Shown here: positions 43,780-53,853 of the stretch, one piece after another
Position numbering within the stretch: position 1 is the first letter of the stretch
How the letters are laid out: every line of letters begins with the position of its first letter
Assembly (NCBI GenBank): GCA_041499965.1
Contig: JBGQLG010000007.1
Coordinates: 1,647 to 65,646, forward strand
Direction of reading: 5' to 3'
From: Candidatus Methylomirabilia bacterium
GTDB taxonomy: Bacteria; Methylomirabilota; Methylomirabilia; Rokubacteriales; CSP1-6
Length of the DNA stretch: 64,000 nt
Notes under the pieces: model-generated
Databases searched by the model: none
Told to the model about the DNA's origin: nothing
The model's input: only the letters and a program-made list of their open reading frames with translations
Made by a program: the position numbers and the translations under genes

Positions 43780-44973
43780 CTAATCCAGCAGCGGGCAGTT
43801 GGGCGGCGACGCCGCCAGCTTCTTCTCGATGATCCCGGCGGCGTAGCGTTCCAGGTAGTGCGCGATCGTCTCCACCCGGATCTTCACCGAGCCGGCCGGC
43901 TTGGTGGAATCGAGGTCCTGGAAGGAGAAGAACAGCGTGCCGGAGCGCTCGATGATCTGCTGCACCGGCGTGTAGGTCGGCTGGTCCATCCCACACTCGT
44001 AGGAGGACATCCGCACCACGCAGGCGATCCACGGGATGCGCGCAGCCACCTTGGCGCCCCACAGGATCTCATTGGTGTTCGACGAGTAGGACGACTGCCA
44101 GACGTCGTGGATGTCGAACGGCGACTTGATGTGGCCGGCCCGGATGTCGTCGCCGAACGCCCACTGCATCAGGTCGTCGTCGATGGGGAAGTACTGCATC
44201 CACAAGATGGGATAGCCGTAGGCCTGCAGGTCGACCTCGATCTCGTGGCCGATGCCGGGATCCATGTGGTACGGCCGGGCCACCACCATGAGGCAGGGCT
44301 TGCTCTCCCGCGCGCACCACTCCAGTACCTCACGCGACTTTTTGCGCAGCTTCTCGTTGAACGTCCGGAGCGCCTGGTAACCTTCGTCCACCGCGCGGGC
44401 CATCTCCTCGCGCGTGAGCCCCGGGACCGCCTCGTGCATCCCCTCGTAGAGCTGCTTGGGGACCAGCCGCGGCTCGTCGAGCGAGACGAACGGTGTGACG
44501 TACTGGATGCCGTTGTCGGCGAAGACGTCGCCTTCCTTGAGGAAGCCGGCCTTGATGTTCTCGGGGGCCGCCATGACGCGCGGACAGGTCAGGGCCTTGG
44601 CCACGTGCCCCGACAGGAAGGAGGGCAGGTTGTAGATCATCGGCGACAGGATGATGTCGAGCTTCTGCCGCTGGCCGAACACCAGCTCGCCGTAGTGGCC
44701 GGACATGCACTTGACCGGGTAGCAGCAGTCGACGGTGCCGCGGCCCTTGCCGAACTGCCGCCCCTGCTCTTCCGAGGTGTCCGAGGAAAAGATGATGTTG
44801 CGCTGGTCGAAGCCCAGACTGCCGAGCAGGCCCACCCAGAACTGATGGGTGTTCCAGAGGTTCAGGACGCGCGGGATGCCGACCCGGAGCTTACTCCTCG
44901 AGGACGGCGGCGGTGTCCCGGGCCCGGCGGAACGCGTCCTTGCGAACCATTTCGGCAACGTTAGGGTAGTCAC
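43780..44973 (-). CDS. acyl-CoA dehydratase activase-related protein (DUF2229)
   Basis: 397 aa. RVGIPRVLNLWNTHQFW and VDCCYPVK are typical of DUF2229 domains, which are usually fused to BcrAD/BadFG activases. Confidence 0.8.
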   Translation of the reverse strand: MTTLTLPKWFARTRSAGPGTPPPSSRSKLRVGIPRVLNLWNTHQFWVGLLGSLGFDQRNIIFSSDTSEEQGRQFGKGRGTVDCCYPVKCMSGHYGELVFGQRQKLDIILSPMIYNLPSFLSGHVAKALTCPRVMAAPENIKAGFLKEGDVFADNGIQYVTPFVSLDEPRLVPKQLYEGMHEAVPGLTREEMARAVDEGYQALRTFNEKLRKKSREVLEWCARESKPCLMVVARPYHMDPGIGHEIEVDLQAYGYPILWMQYFPIDDDLMQWAFGDDIRAGHIKSPFDIHDVWQSSYSSNTNEILWGAKVAARIPWIACVVRMSSYECGMDQPTYTPVQQIIERSGTLFFSFQDLDSTKPAGSVKIRVETIAHYLERYAAGIIEKKLAASPPNCPLLD

Positions 44974-47065
44974 GCTTGACCTCCTCGAGCTTGGCCTTCA
45001 CCACGCGCATCTCGTTGACGTCCTCGACGAGGCCCTTGGGACACGAGTTGCCGCTGATCACGCGCTCCCACCCCTCGGCCAGCGGCAGCTTGCTCCACGC
45101 CCGCCCCTTGGCCCCGGGGAGCTGCACGTCGATGAACGTGCGGGTGCAGTTGATCGGGCACCACTTGCAGACGGTCTCGGCGGCGGTCGTGCTCGTGTAG
45201 GTCAGCGCCGCGATCGCGTCGAAGCCGCGGAAGCGCGAGGCCGGGTTGTTCTTGCGCCAGTCGCCCGCGCACAGCGCCGCCCCGATGGCGCCGGCCTCGC
45301 CCGAGTACGGATGGACCACCACCTCGGCGTCCGGCACCTTGCTGCGGATGAAGTCGACCTGGGCCTTGACCACCGCCATGTTGCGATGGGTGCCGCCCTG
45401 CAGGACGAACTTGCGCCCGGCCGACCTGAGATTCTGGAGCTGGCCGGCGTAGATCCACACGTTGACCGGCAGCACCGCGGCCAGCGCGGCCATGATCTCC
45501 TCGGCCGACCAGCCCTTGCGCTGCTGGTTGACGATGTCGGACTGCAAGAAGACGCCGCAGCCCATGGCCAGGCTCGGCATCGACTTGGCCTCGAACGCGC
45601 GGTCGGCGTAGTGCTCCAGCGGGATGTTGTAGCGTTCGGCCACGCCCTGCAGGAAGGCGCCGTTGCCCGAGGAGCACTGGCTGTTGAGCCGGAAGTCGGC
45701 CACCGTGCCCTGGCGCAGGATCATGATCTTGACGTCGGTGCCGCCCACGTCGCAGATCACATCGGCGTCGGCGTAGAAGTGCAGCGCGGCGGTGGCGTGG
45801 GCCACGGTCTCGACCACGCCGACATCCGCGCCCAGCACGTCCTTGAGCAGGTCCTTGCCGTAGCCGGTCAGCGCCAGGCCGCCGACGTCGGTGAAGCCGG
45901 CCTCGTGCACCTGGCGGAACAGCGACTGGGCATCCTCGATCGGGTTGCCCTTGGACAGCGCGTAGCAGGAGAAGAGCAGCTCGCGGTCGTCGGAGAGGAC
46001 GACCGCCTTGGCGGTGGTGCTGCCGAAGTCGCAGCCGAGCAGCACCGAGCCGACGTGGGCCTCGCGCGCCGGGCACACCGGCGCCGGCCGCACGTACTCG
46101 CTCACGAAGGTGGCGAGATCGCCCTGGCCGCTGATGAGGCCCTTGGCGCCCTCCTTGGCCTTCGCCTCGTGCTGGCCCTCCTTCACCCACCACTCGAGCT
46201 TCTCGCGGCCCTGGTAGACGGCGACCTCGGGCTTCTCGCCCTTGCCGATCTCGACGCAGCCCAGGCAGGCGTAGTAGAGCGCCTCGGTGGGCACGACGAT
46301 GAGGGAGGCCACGTCGCGCCCCTCGGGCAGCTCGACCTTGCGCTGGCTCCACAGCTTGCCCAGGTGGTAGCGCCAGGCCTCCTGCAGTCCCTTGAAGAAC
46401 AGGTTGGGGCCGCCGAGCAGCAGCACCTCCGGCAGCGGCGTGTTGCCCTTGGTCAGCGTGGCCAGGTTCTGGTAGACGACCGCCTCGAACAGGCTGGCGA
46501 TGATCTCCTCGACCGGCACGCCCGTCTTCACCAGCGTGTTGGCGTCGGTCTCGGCGAAGATCCCGCACTTGCTCGAGATCTTGTGCAGGCTCATGTCGGC
46601 GTAGGCCATCTCGGCCAGCCGCTCGGTCGGCACCTGCAGCTTGCGGGCGGTCTTCTCGATGAAGGTGCCGGTGCCGCCGCTGCAGGCCGACTGCATGAAG
46701 ACCTGCTTGGACTTGCCGGTGCCGCTGGCGGTAAAGAAGATGGTCTTCATGTCCTCGCCGCCGATCTCGGACACGAAGCGCACGTCGGGGTGGAGCTGCT
46801 CGACGCAGGCGGCGACCGCCACCACCTCCTGGATCAGCTTGCCCCCCACCTGCGGAGCGATGAAGCCGGCGCCGGAGCCGGTGAAGAACACGCGGTCCGT
46901 CCCGGCCGTGAGGCCGACCTCGGTCTCCATCCGCCCCAGGAACTCGACGACCTTCTCGGCCTGCTTGGTGTTGTGCCGCTGGTAGTCCTGCCAGGTGACC
47001 TTGCCGTTCTCGACGACGGCGGCCTTGACGGTGGTCGAACCGACGTCGACGCCGACGAGCTTCAC
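44891..47065 (-). CDS. double BcrA/BcrD/BadF/BadG/HgdC-type ATPase (CoA-substrate-specific enzyme activase)
   Basis: GTG at 47065 overlaps the upstream stop (GTGA). There are two ASKHA ATPase repeats (VGVDVGSTTVKAAV and LGCDFGSTTAKAVV), each with cluster-bridging Cys regions. It is the real 3' part of track ORF 44891..48361. Confidence 0.85.
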   Translation of the reverse strand: MKLVGVDVGSTTVKAAVVENGKVTWQDYQRHNTKQAEKVVEFLGRMETEVGLTAGTDRVFFTGSGAGFIAPQVGGKLIQEVVAVAACVEQLHPDVRFVSEIGGEDMKTIFFTASGTGKSKQVFMQSACSGGTGTFIEKTARKLQVPTERLAEMAYADMSLHKISSKCGIFAETDANTLVKTGVPVEEIIASLFEAVVYQNLATLTKGNTPLPEVLLLGGPNLFFKGLQEAWRYHLGKLWSQRKVELPEGRDVASLIVVPTEALYYACLGCVEIGKGEKPEVAVYQGREKLEWWVKEGQHEAKAKEGAKGLISGQGDLATFVSEYVRPAPVCPAREAHVGSVLLGCDFGSTTAKAVVLSDDRELLFSCYALSKGNPIEDAQSLFRQVHEAGFTDVGGLALTGYGKDLLKDVLGADVGVVETVAHATAALHFYADADVICDVGGTDVKIMILRQGTVADFRLNSQCSSGNGAFLQGVAERYNIPLEHYADRAFEAKSMPSLAMGCGVFLQSDIVNQQRKGWSAEEIMAALAAVLPVNVWIYAGQLQNLRSAGRKFVLQGGTHRNMAVVKAQVDFIRSKVPDAEVVVHPYSGEAGAIGAALCAGDWRKNNPASRFRGFDAIAALTYTSTTAAETVCKWCPINCTRTFIDVQLPGAKGRAWSKLPLAEGWERVISGNSCPKGLVEDVNEMRVVKAKLEEVKRDYPNVAEMVRKDAFRRARDTAAVLEE

Positions 47066-48600
47066 GAGATCCGCCGGCCCATCTTCTGGGCGACGTGGAG
47101 GACGACCTTGGCCGCGGTCCCGCACGTGGTGTTGTCGTGCGGGATCTTGTAGGTGGCCTTCTTCATCTCGGGATGGGCGTGCAGGTAGGCGCGGACCTCG
47201 TCGAGCGTGAGGCCGGTCCGGGCCAGCACGTCGTCGAACTCGCGCTGGGCGCGCTTCTTGGCCTCGGTGAGGATCATCTGGCAGCGCGAGAGCGCGTGGA
47301 CCTCGGCGTCGCCCTTGATCTCCAGCGGCGCGTAGAGGATCTCCGGGTACTTGCCGAGCACGCCCGACATGGCGCCGATCGACATCGTGTTCGGCATGCA
47401 GGAGTACGGCGACAGCTCGCAGATCATGTGGGCCTTCTTCTTCTGGTAGGCCCAGATCGCCTTGCCGACCAGCATGTCGCCCTCGCCCCCGTCCAGGCGG
47501 CTGTGGAAGTACGGCGCGGCCAGCCGCCGCAGCTCGAGCTGGTGCGGCATCTCGTGCGGCACGTTGCCCATCGCCCGGCGCAGCCGGTTGACGGTGAGGC
47601 GGAGGATGCCCTGACCGAGGCGGCCGAGGCCCAGCTTGAGCCGCGCGCCCTTCTCGATGCCGCTGTAGTCCTCGAAGCGCTGCAGGCCCAGGCGCAGCAG
47701 GTAGTCCATCCAGATGGTGATGCCGGCCGGGTAGACCTCGCCGCCCTCGGCCTCGAGCCAGCGGTGGATGTTGTAGTTCGGGTCGCCCTCGACCGTCTGC
47801 AGATAGAACTCGCCGGTGATCTTTACCTTCGGCTTCACCCGCAGCCGATCGACCTCGATCTCCGAGAACTTCCGGTACACCTCGCGCATGGCCCGCGTGA
47901 AATACGGCGTGGTGAGGTGCCACAGCACCGATGTCTTCGGCGACATCGTGGGCCGGTTGCGGAAGACCTCGGAGAGGTAGTCCACGCACTCCTTGACGAC
48001 GGCCTCGGTCTGGCCGGGCAGCACCTCGTAGGGCCGCACCTGGTACTCGAGGTCCTGCACGAGGTCGGTGCAGAAGATGCCCCACAGGCAGCCGAGCGTC
48101 ATCGGCAGGTTCAAGTCCAGGCCGTCGCCCATGTTCTGGTCCAGGTTGTCTTGGGCCATGAGGAACATGCGGAAGGCGCCGAGCCCGCTGTTGCGCAGCG
48201 CCAGCTCGTAGCTCTGGTGGTACTGGCCGAACCGGCAGGCGCCGCAGGAGCCGGCGGTGAGGTAGACGAACTTCTTGTTCACCTCCTCGACGCTCGACTG
48301 CTTCGATTCCTTCTTCAGGAAGTTGACGAGGTTGCCCGTGGTGAAGCTCGTCGGGCAGCATTGCCCGATGTCGGCGACCTCGCGGCCGGTCAGGAGGTCT
48401 TCCTTGGTGGCCACCGGGAGGATCTGAGCCTTGTAGCCCGTGCCCTCCAGCACGGCCTGGATGACCCGCTCGATGCGCCAGTGCAGGCCGCCGAACAGGA
48501 TGGTGGTCGCGTCGCGCTCGGCGCGGGTGAACGGCTTGGGGGTGTACGCGCGGTAGTGCTCAGTTGAGAGCGTCGCCATTGCGTCCTCCGTGTAGCCCAT
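47062..48600 (-). CDS. 2-hydroxyacyl-CoA dehydratase-like / activase-associated Cys-rich protein
   Basis: 512 aa. DIGQCCPTSF and AGSCGACRFGQY are Cys motifs consistent with Fe-S binding. I recall the family as the partner domain of activase fusions. Confidence 0.75.
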   Translation of the reverse strand: MGYTEDAMATLSTEHYRAYTPKPFTRAERDATTILFGGLHWRIERVIQAVLEGTGYKAQILPVATKEDLLTGREVADIGQCCPTSFTTGNLVNFLKKESKQSSVEEVNKKFVYLTAGSCGACRFGQYHQSYELALRNSGLGAFRMFLMAQDNLDQNMGDGLDLNLPMTLGCLWGIFCTDLVQDLEYQVRPYEVLPGQTEAVVKECVDYLSEVFRNRPTMSPKTSVLWHLTTPYFTRAMREVYRKFSEIEVDRLRVKPKVKITGEFYLQTVEGDPNYNIHRWLEAEGGEVYPAGITIWMDYLLRLGLQRFEDYSGIEKGARLKLGLGRLGQGILRLTVNRLRRAMGNVPHEMPHQLELRRLAAPYFHSRLDGGEGDMLVGKAIWAYQKKKAHMICELSPYSCMPNTMSIGAMSGVLGKYPEILYAPLEIKGDAEVHALSRCQMILTEAKKRAQREFDDVLARTGLTLDEVRAYLHAHPEMKKATYKIPHDNTTCGTAAKVVLHVAQKMGRRIS

Positions 48601-49384
48601 CGACGGGCCGGACGTGCCGATCCATCCACGCCTCGAGAAGTTGCGCTCGCTCGAATCCAGGTAGCTTGCGAATAGTCTCGTCGACCTTGCGGGCCGCCGC
48701 GCGGCCCTCGTCGCCGGCGAAGAGATAGCGGGCCATGAACGCCAGCTCGGACTGAGGGGCGACTCCGCTGCCCACCGGCGCCCAGAAGCGATCGACCAGG
48801 GCGCGGGCGACCCAGGCCGCTCCCCGGCCGCGCAGCCGGAGCTCGGCCTGACGGTAGTAGAAGAAGAAGTGGCGCGACTCGTCGACCATGATCCGCTCGA
48901 GGAGCTCGGAGAGGACCGGATGGCCGGCCACGGCCTTGAGCCGCAAGTAACCGGTCAGCGTCGTGAGCTCGTTGATCGCCCCCCAGGTCATGTGCACCGC
49001 GCAGAAGTCGGCCCACATCTTCGACACCGTGGCCGTGGCCCAGCCCTCCAGGCGCTTGGTCAGCGGCTCCTGACCGCGCGGCGTCGCGCGCGGCGGCACC
49101 GGATGCCCCGCGGCCTCCAGGAACCGGGTGATGGCGATGCCGTGGAAGGTCTCCTCGTGAACCCAGCACGCCAGGAACGTGGCGACCTCGGGATCGTCGA
49201 TGGCGCGGGTGGCCAGCAGCGAGCGCAGGTAGATGATCGTGTGGCTCTCGATGTCCTGCATGTAGGTCAGCGTGCGAACGACGGCCGGTGACACCGGATA
49301 CTTCCCCACGTCGGCCCAGGCGATCGCGTCCAGGTCCAGCGCACCGGAGCGTGCCACCCAGGCGTCGAGGTCAAACGCAGGCAT
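48560..49384 (-). CDS. ferritin-like diiron-carboxylate protein (acyl-ACP desaturase-like)
   Basis: 274 aa with an E...ExxH...E...ExxH ligand pattern (DIESH, VHEETFH, INELT, VDESRHF). It overlaps the next gene by 41 nt. Confidence 0.7.
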   Translation of the reverse strand: MPAFDLDAWVARSGALDLDAIAWADVGKYPVSPAVVRTLTYMQDIESHTIIYLRSLLATRAIDDPEVATFLACWVHEETFHGIAITRFLEAAGHPVPPRATPRGQEPLTKRLEGWATATVSKMWADFCAVHMTWGAINELTTLTGYLRLKAVAGHPVLSELLERIMVDESRHFFFYYRQAELRLRGRGAAWVARALVDRFWAPVGSGVAPQSELAFMARYLFAGDEGRAAARKVDETIRKLPGFERAQLLEAWMDRHVRPVDGLHGGRNGDALN

Positions 49385-49588
49385 AGCAGTGGGGAAAAGG
49401 TACTATCCCCGGCTCGATCACTCCAGGGAAAAGCATGGGGGTCCGGGCCATCACCCGATCCTACGGTGGGGCCTGCCATATGGATGAGCAGAAAAGCGAT
49501 TCCCGGCCCGTGGCGACCGGTCGGCCAGCGGTCAGACCGTGCCTGGAGCGGGCGCGGCGCTCCAGAGCCCCGCGGGTCCGCGGCCCGA

Positions 49589-49975
49589 TCAGGCCGGGCG
49601 GGGCTTGAGCTCGATCAGGTAGCCGTCGGGATCGCGGAGGTAGACCGAGGGACCGGTGCCGTAGGCGCCACGGCGCTGCACGACCTCGCCCTCCAGCCGC
49701 ACACCGCGCCCTCGCAGCGCCTCGGCGGCCTTCGCCAGGTCGTCGCAGCGGATCGACAGGCACACGTGGTCGACGCCGCCGGGGCCCGCGGCCGGCGCCT
49801 CCGCCGTCGCCGGCAGCAGATCGAGGTAATGCTCGCCAAACCGGAGGTGCACGAGCGAGATCCGCTCGTTGACGTGATCGACCGTGCAGCCCAGGACGTC
49901 GACGTAGAACCGGGTCGACGCCTCCTGGTCCTTCACGCGCAACACGACGTGGTCGAGCCCGAGCGGTGTGAACAT
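49589..49975 (-). CDS. VOC/glyoxalase family protein
   Basis: 128 aa with LDHVVLRV...FYVDVLG...VDHVCL...VYLRDPDGYLIEL. Confidence 0.8.
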   Translation of the reverse strand: MFTPLGLDHVVLRVKDQEASTRFYVDVLGCTVDHVNERISLVHLRFGEHYLDLLPATAEAPAAGPGGVDHVCLSIRCDDLAKAAEALRGRGVRLEGEVVQRRGAYGTGPSVYLRDPDGYLIELKPRPA

Positions 49976-50012
49976 GACGCCTCCTTGCCGCCGCGGGCGG
50001 ACGCGGCCGGCG

Positions 50013-52535
50013 TTAGTCCCGGCGCAGGACGGGCAGCGGCTTCTGCCCCAGTAGCCGGAATGTTGTCAGAAATCCGACCGCCAGCGCCAGGGCCACCGTG
50101 GCCCCCACGCCGACGACGACGGGGGCGGCGTCGAACGTCCAGGGCGCCTCGAGGACCCAGCGCGCGACGACCCACGCCAGCACGGTGGCCAGCAGCCCAC
50201 CCCCGGCGCCGGCGGCGGCGCCCAGCAACCCGTACTCCACGGCGAAGGCGCGCGCCACCACACTGCGCGTCGCGCCGAGCGTGCGCAGCACGACCGACTC
50301 GTAGAGGCGCTGCGAACGGGTGGCGGCCAGCGCGCCGATCATCACCACCAGCCCGGTGCCGAGCGTGAACAGCGCCACCAGGCGAACGGCCACCGCGATG
50401 TCGCTCAGCACCGCCCCCACGCGCTCGAGCACGTCGCGGACGGGGACGGCGGTCACGTTGGGAAACGCCGCCACCACCGCGTTCTGCAGCGCGGCCTCGG
50501 CCGAGGGGGGGACGCGGGCGGTCGCCACCCAGGTCGCCGGAGCGCCGTCCAGGGCACCGGCCGAGAGGATCACGAAGAAGTTGGTCGTCAGGCTCTGCCA
50601 GTCCACACGCCGGATGCTGGTGACCTCCGTCTCGACGGCGACGCCCTGCACGTCGAAGGTCATCCGCGAGCCGACGTCGACGCCGAGATGGCGGGCGGCG
50701 GCTTCCTCCACCGACGCCCGCGGCCCGGCCGCCGCTTCGGCTGCCGTCCACCAGCGGCCATGCGTCAGCACGTTGCCGGCCGGCGGCGCGTCGGTCCACG
50801 TGAGCACATACTCGCGAGTGAAGTACCAGGCGCCCTCCTCGCCGCGCGCCTTCCGGCGGTCCACCACCGCGCGCGTGAGCCGCTCGCCATCGATCGCCAC
50901 CAGGCGGCCGCGCACGACCGGCGTGAGCACGGGCGGGATGCCGGCGGTGCGCTCGACCAGCCGCGCGAACGGCTCGCGCTGGTCCGGCTGGACGTCGAGA
51001 AAGAAGAAGGACGGGGCCTGGCGATGCTGCTCGTGATCGATCTGGCGGCCGAGCACGCCCTGCAGCAGCGCGATCGCGACCAGCAGCATCACCGCCATGC
51101 CGAGGGCGACCACCACCCGCGGCGCGTGACCGCCGGGCCGCTGCAGCGCCGTGAGGCCGTGCCGCCAGGCCAGACCGCGGCGGCGCGGCAGCCGGCGGGC
51201 GACGAGCGCGAGGCCTCGCGCCAGACCGAGCAGGCCGAGCAACGCGGCGGCGGTCGCTCCCACGAAGATGGCCCCCGTCTTGAGCGAGCCGGCCTGCCAG
51301 AGCGCCAGCGCCGCCAGGCCGAGCGCCACCGGGACAAGCGTCCACCGGGCGCGCGGGCGCCAGACGGCGGGCTCGACGTCCATCCTGAGGATGAGCCAGG
51401 CGGGAACCGCGCGCACCGAGGCCAGCGGCGCCCACGTGCACAGCAGCGTCACCCCGAGCCCCATGACGATCGCGCGGGCCAGCATCCAGGGCTCCGGGTG
51501 CAGCTCCAGCGCGAACGGGACGAGGCCCGCCAGCGCCGCCCCCAGCAACGGCTGGATCGCCACCCCGAGCGCGGCGCCGACCAGCCCGGCACCGAGCGCA
51601 ACGACCTGGGTCTGGATGACGTAGGTGACGATCAACGTGCGCGTCTCGGCGCCGAGCGCCTTCAGCGCGGCGATCGTCGGCACCTGGCGGGCGACGAACG
51701 CCGACACCGAAGCGGCAACACCGATGCCGCCCACCAGCAGGCTCGCCAGGCCGACGAGGCCGAGATAGCTGGTGAGCTGCGTGAAGAACCGGCGCAAGCC
51801 GGGCTGGGCCTCGTCGTAGGCGGCGATCCGCACGCCCGGATCGGTCACGGCGCGCGCCAGCGACGCGCGTATCTCGCCGGCGCCGGCCTCCGGGGGCAAG
51901 CCCACGAGGACGCGATACCGCACGCGGCTGCCGAGGGTGATGAGGCCACTGTGGTCCAGCGCCTCCGGCGACACGAACACGCGCGGTCCCAGCGTGACCA
52001 GGCTGGCCGTGCGATCGGGCTCGGCCTCCACGACACCCCGGATGGTCAGCGTCACCGCGCCGACCACGAGCCGGTCGCCGACCGCCAGGCCGAGCCGGTC
52101 GAGCAGCTCGCGCTGGACGACGGCACCGTCGTCCGCCAGCAGCGACGCCAGCGGTGCCGCCGGCGCCGTGGCGAGGCGTCCATAGAGCGGATAGCCCGGG
52201 CCCGGCGCCTTCAGCTCGACGAGGAGGCTGTCGCCGCGGGCGCCGCCACGGGCCATGCCGACCAGCTCGCGCACGCGCACCACGCGGGCGGCGGCGAGCT
52301 CCGCCACCGCGGCGTCAGCCTCGGCCGGCAGCGGCCGCGCGGCTCGCAGCTCGACGTCGCCGCCGAGCAGCGCCTTGGCCTCGCGCGCGAGCGTGGCCGC
52401 CAGGCCGGCCCCCAGCGTCCCGACCGCCACCAGCGCGCCGACGCCCAGGGCCACGCACGCGAACACCGCGGCGAGGTGCCGTCGGCCCCCGCGGGCCTGC
52501 CGCCACGCCAATCGCATCGCGACGCGATTCATCAC
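50013..52535 (-). CDS. ybbP: FtsX-family ABC transporter permease (YbbP-like, 10 TM)
   Basis: 840 aa with duplicated FtsX-like permease domains. Its start overlaps the ATPase stop (ATGA). Confidence 0.85.
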   Translation of the reverse strand: MMNRVAMRLAWRQARGGRRHLAAVFACVALGVGALVAVGTLGAGLAATLAREAKALLGGDVELRAARPLPAEADAAVAELAAARVVRVRELVGMARGGARGDSLLVELKAPGPGYPLYGRLATAPAAPLASLLADDGAVVQRELLDRLGLAVGDRLVVGAVTLTIRGVVEAEPDRTASLVTLGPRVFVSPEALDHSGLITLGSRVRYRVLVGLPPEAGAGEIRASLARAVTDPGVRIAAYDEAQPGLRRFFTQLTSYLGLVGLASLLVGGIGVAASVSAFVARQVPTIAALKALGAETRTLIVTYVIQTQVVALGAGLVGAALGVAIQPLLGAALAGLVPFALELHPEPWMLARAIVMGLGVTLLCTWAPLASVRAVPAWLILRMDVEPAVWRPRARWTLVPVALGLAALALWQAGSLKTGAIFVGATAAALLGLLGLARGLALVARRLPRRRGLAWRHGLTALQRPGGHAPRVVVALGMAVMLLVAIALLQGVLGRQIDHEQHRQAPSFFFLDVQPDQREPFARLVERTAGIPPVLTPVVRGRLVAIDGERLTRAVVDRRKARGEEGAWYFTREYVLTWTDAPPAGNVLTHGRWWTAAEAAAGPRASVEEAAARHLGVDVGSRMTFDVQGVAVETEVTSIRRVDWQSLTTNFFVILSAGALDGAPATWVATARVPPSAEAALQNAVVAAFPNVTAVPVRDVLERVGAVLSDIAVAVRLVALFTLGTGLVVMIGALAATRSQRLYESVVLRTLGATRSVVARAFAVEYGLLGAAAGAGGGLLATVLAWVVARWVLEAPWTFDAAPVVVGVGATVALALAVGFLTTFRLLGQKPLPVLRRD

Positions 52536-53215
52536 GCCGCCTGGCCGTTCACGACGCGGCCGTCGCGCAGCGCGATGGCCCGGCCGGCGCGGGAGGCCAG
52601 GGTCACGTCGTGCGTGACGAGCACCAGCGTCGAGCCGCGCTCGCGATTGAGCCCGAGCAGCAGGTCGACGATCTGCGCGCCGGTCGCCGAGTCGAGATTG
52701 CCGGTCGGCTCGTCGGCGAGCAGGAGCGGCGGTGCCAGCGCCACCGCCCGCGCAATGGCCACGCGCTGCTGCTCGCCGCCGGAGAGCTGGGCCGGATAGT
52801 GATCCGCCCGCTCGGCCAGGCCGACCTCCGCCAGCCGGCTCCGCGCGGCCGCCAGCGGCCTGGACGCGCCCGCCAGCTCCAGCGGCACCGCCACGTTCTC
52901 GACGGCGGTCAGCGTGGGAATCAGATGGTAGGACTGGAATACAAAGCCCAGCGTGCGCCGGCGGAAGCGCGCCAGCGCGGTCTCGCCGAGCCCGGTCACC
53001 TCGATGCCGCCGACGGTGATCGAGCCGGCGCTCGGCGTATCGAGTCCGGCGATGAGGCCGAGCAGCGTGGACTTGCCGCTGCCCGACGGCCCCATGACCG
53101 CGACGACCTCGCCCGCCGCCACGTCGAGGCTGACACCGTCGAGGATCGTCACCGTCCGACCACCGCTGGCCAGACGCATCACCAGATCGCGCACGCGAAT
53201 CATCACGAGGGCCAT
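52532..53215 (-). CDS. ybbA: ABC transporter ATP-binding protein (YbbA/LolD-like)
   Basis: Walker A is GPSGSGKST, the signature is LSGGEQQR and Walker B is LLLADEPT. The start is ATG 53215 or 53203. Confidence 0.85.
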   Translation of the reverse strand: MALVMIRVRDLVMRLASGGRTVTILDGVSLDVAAGEVVAVMGPSGSGKSTLLGLIAGLDTPSAGSITVGGIEVTGLGETALARFRRRTLGFVFQSYHLIPTLTAVENVAVPLELAGASRPLAAARSRLAEVGLAERADHYPAQLSGGEQQRVAIARAVALAPPLLLADEPTGNLDSATGAQIVDLLLGLNRERGSTLVLVTHDVTLASRAGRAIALRDGRVVNGQAA

Positions 53216-53229
53216 ACTACACTTCGAGC

Positions 53230-53853
53230 GTGAGCCCGCCCGGCGCCGTCCGCCGCCTCCTCGTCGCGCTGCTGCTGCTCGGCGCCGCACCGGCGCTGGC
53301 CGACGAGCGCGTGATCGTCGCCCTCGGCGACAGCCTCACCGCCGGGCTCGGCGTCGCCGCCGACGAGGCGTATCCGGCCCTGCTGGAGGCCCGGCTGCGC
53401 CGGGCCGGCTTCGCCTATCGCGTGGTGAACGCCGGCGTCAGCGGCGATACCAGCGCCGGCGGCCGGCGCCGGATCGATTGGGTGCTGCGCGCGCGGCCGG
53501 AGGTCGTGATCGTCGCGCTCGGCGCCAACGACGGGCTGCGCGGCTTGCCGGTCGCCGCCCTGCGCGACAATCTCACGGCGATCGTCACGCGGCTGCGCGA
53601 GGCGGGCGCCCGCGTGCTGCTGGTCGGCATGCGCCTACCGCCCAACTACGGTGAGGCGTACGCCGCCGACTTCGCCGCCGCCTTCCACGACGTCGCCCGG
53701 CAGACGTCCGTGACGTTCCTGCCGTTTCTGCTCGAGGGCGTCGCCGGGCAGCCGAGCCTGAACCAGGCGGACGGCATCCATCCCAACGCGGCCGGGCAGC
53801 GCGCCGTGGCGGCGCACGTGTGGCCCTCGCTGCAGCCGCTCGTGCGCCGCTAG
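53230..53853 (+). CDS. tesA: SGNH/GDSL arylesterase / acyl-CoA thioesterase I
   Basis: Signal peptide followed by GDSLTAG (block I), GANDGL (block III) and DGIHPN (block V). It is divergent from ybbA-ybbP, the same arrangement as in E. coli. Confidence 0.85.
   Translation: MSPPGAVRRLLVALLLLGAAPALADERVIVALGDSLTAGLGVAADEAYPALLEARLRRAGFAYRVVNAGVSGDTSAGGRRRIDWVLRARPEVVIVALGANDGLRGLPVAALRDNLTAIVTRLREAGARVLLVGMRLPPNYGEAYAADFAAAFHDVARQTSVTFLPFLLEGVAGQPSLNQADGIHPNAAGQRAVAAHVWPSLQPLVRR

Noticed and set aside
49425-49445. 13-mer AAAAGCATGGGGG shared with the pilA sigma54 promoter region, upstream of the diiron/activase operon
   Set aside because: On the minus strand the GG dinucleotide is 10 nt, not 12 nt, from the GC of ATGCT. 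It therefore does not fit the -24/-12 geometry. The shared 13-mer may be coincidental.
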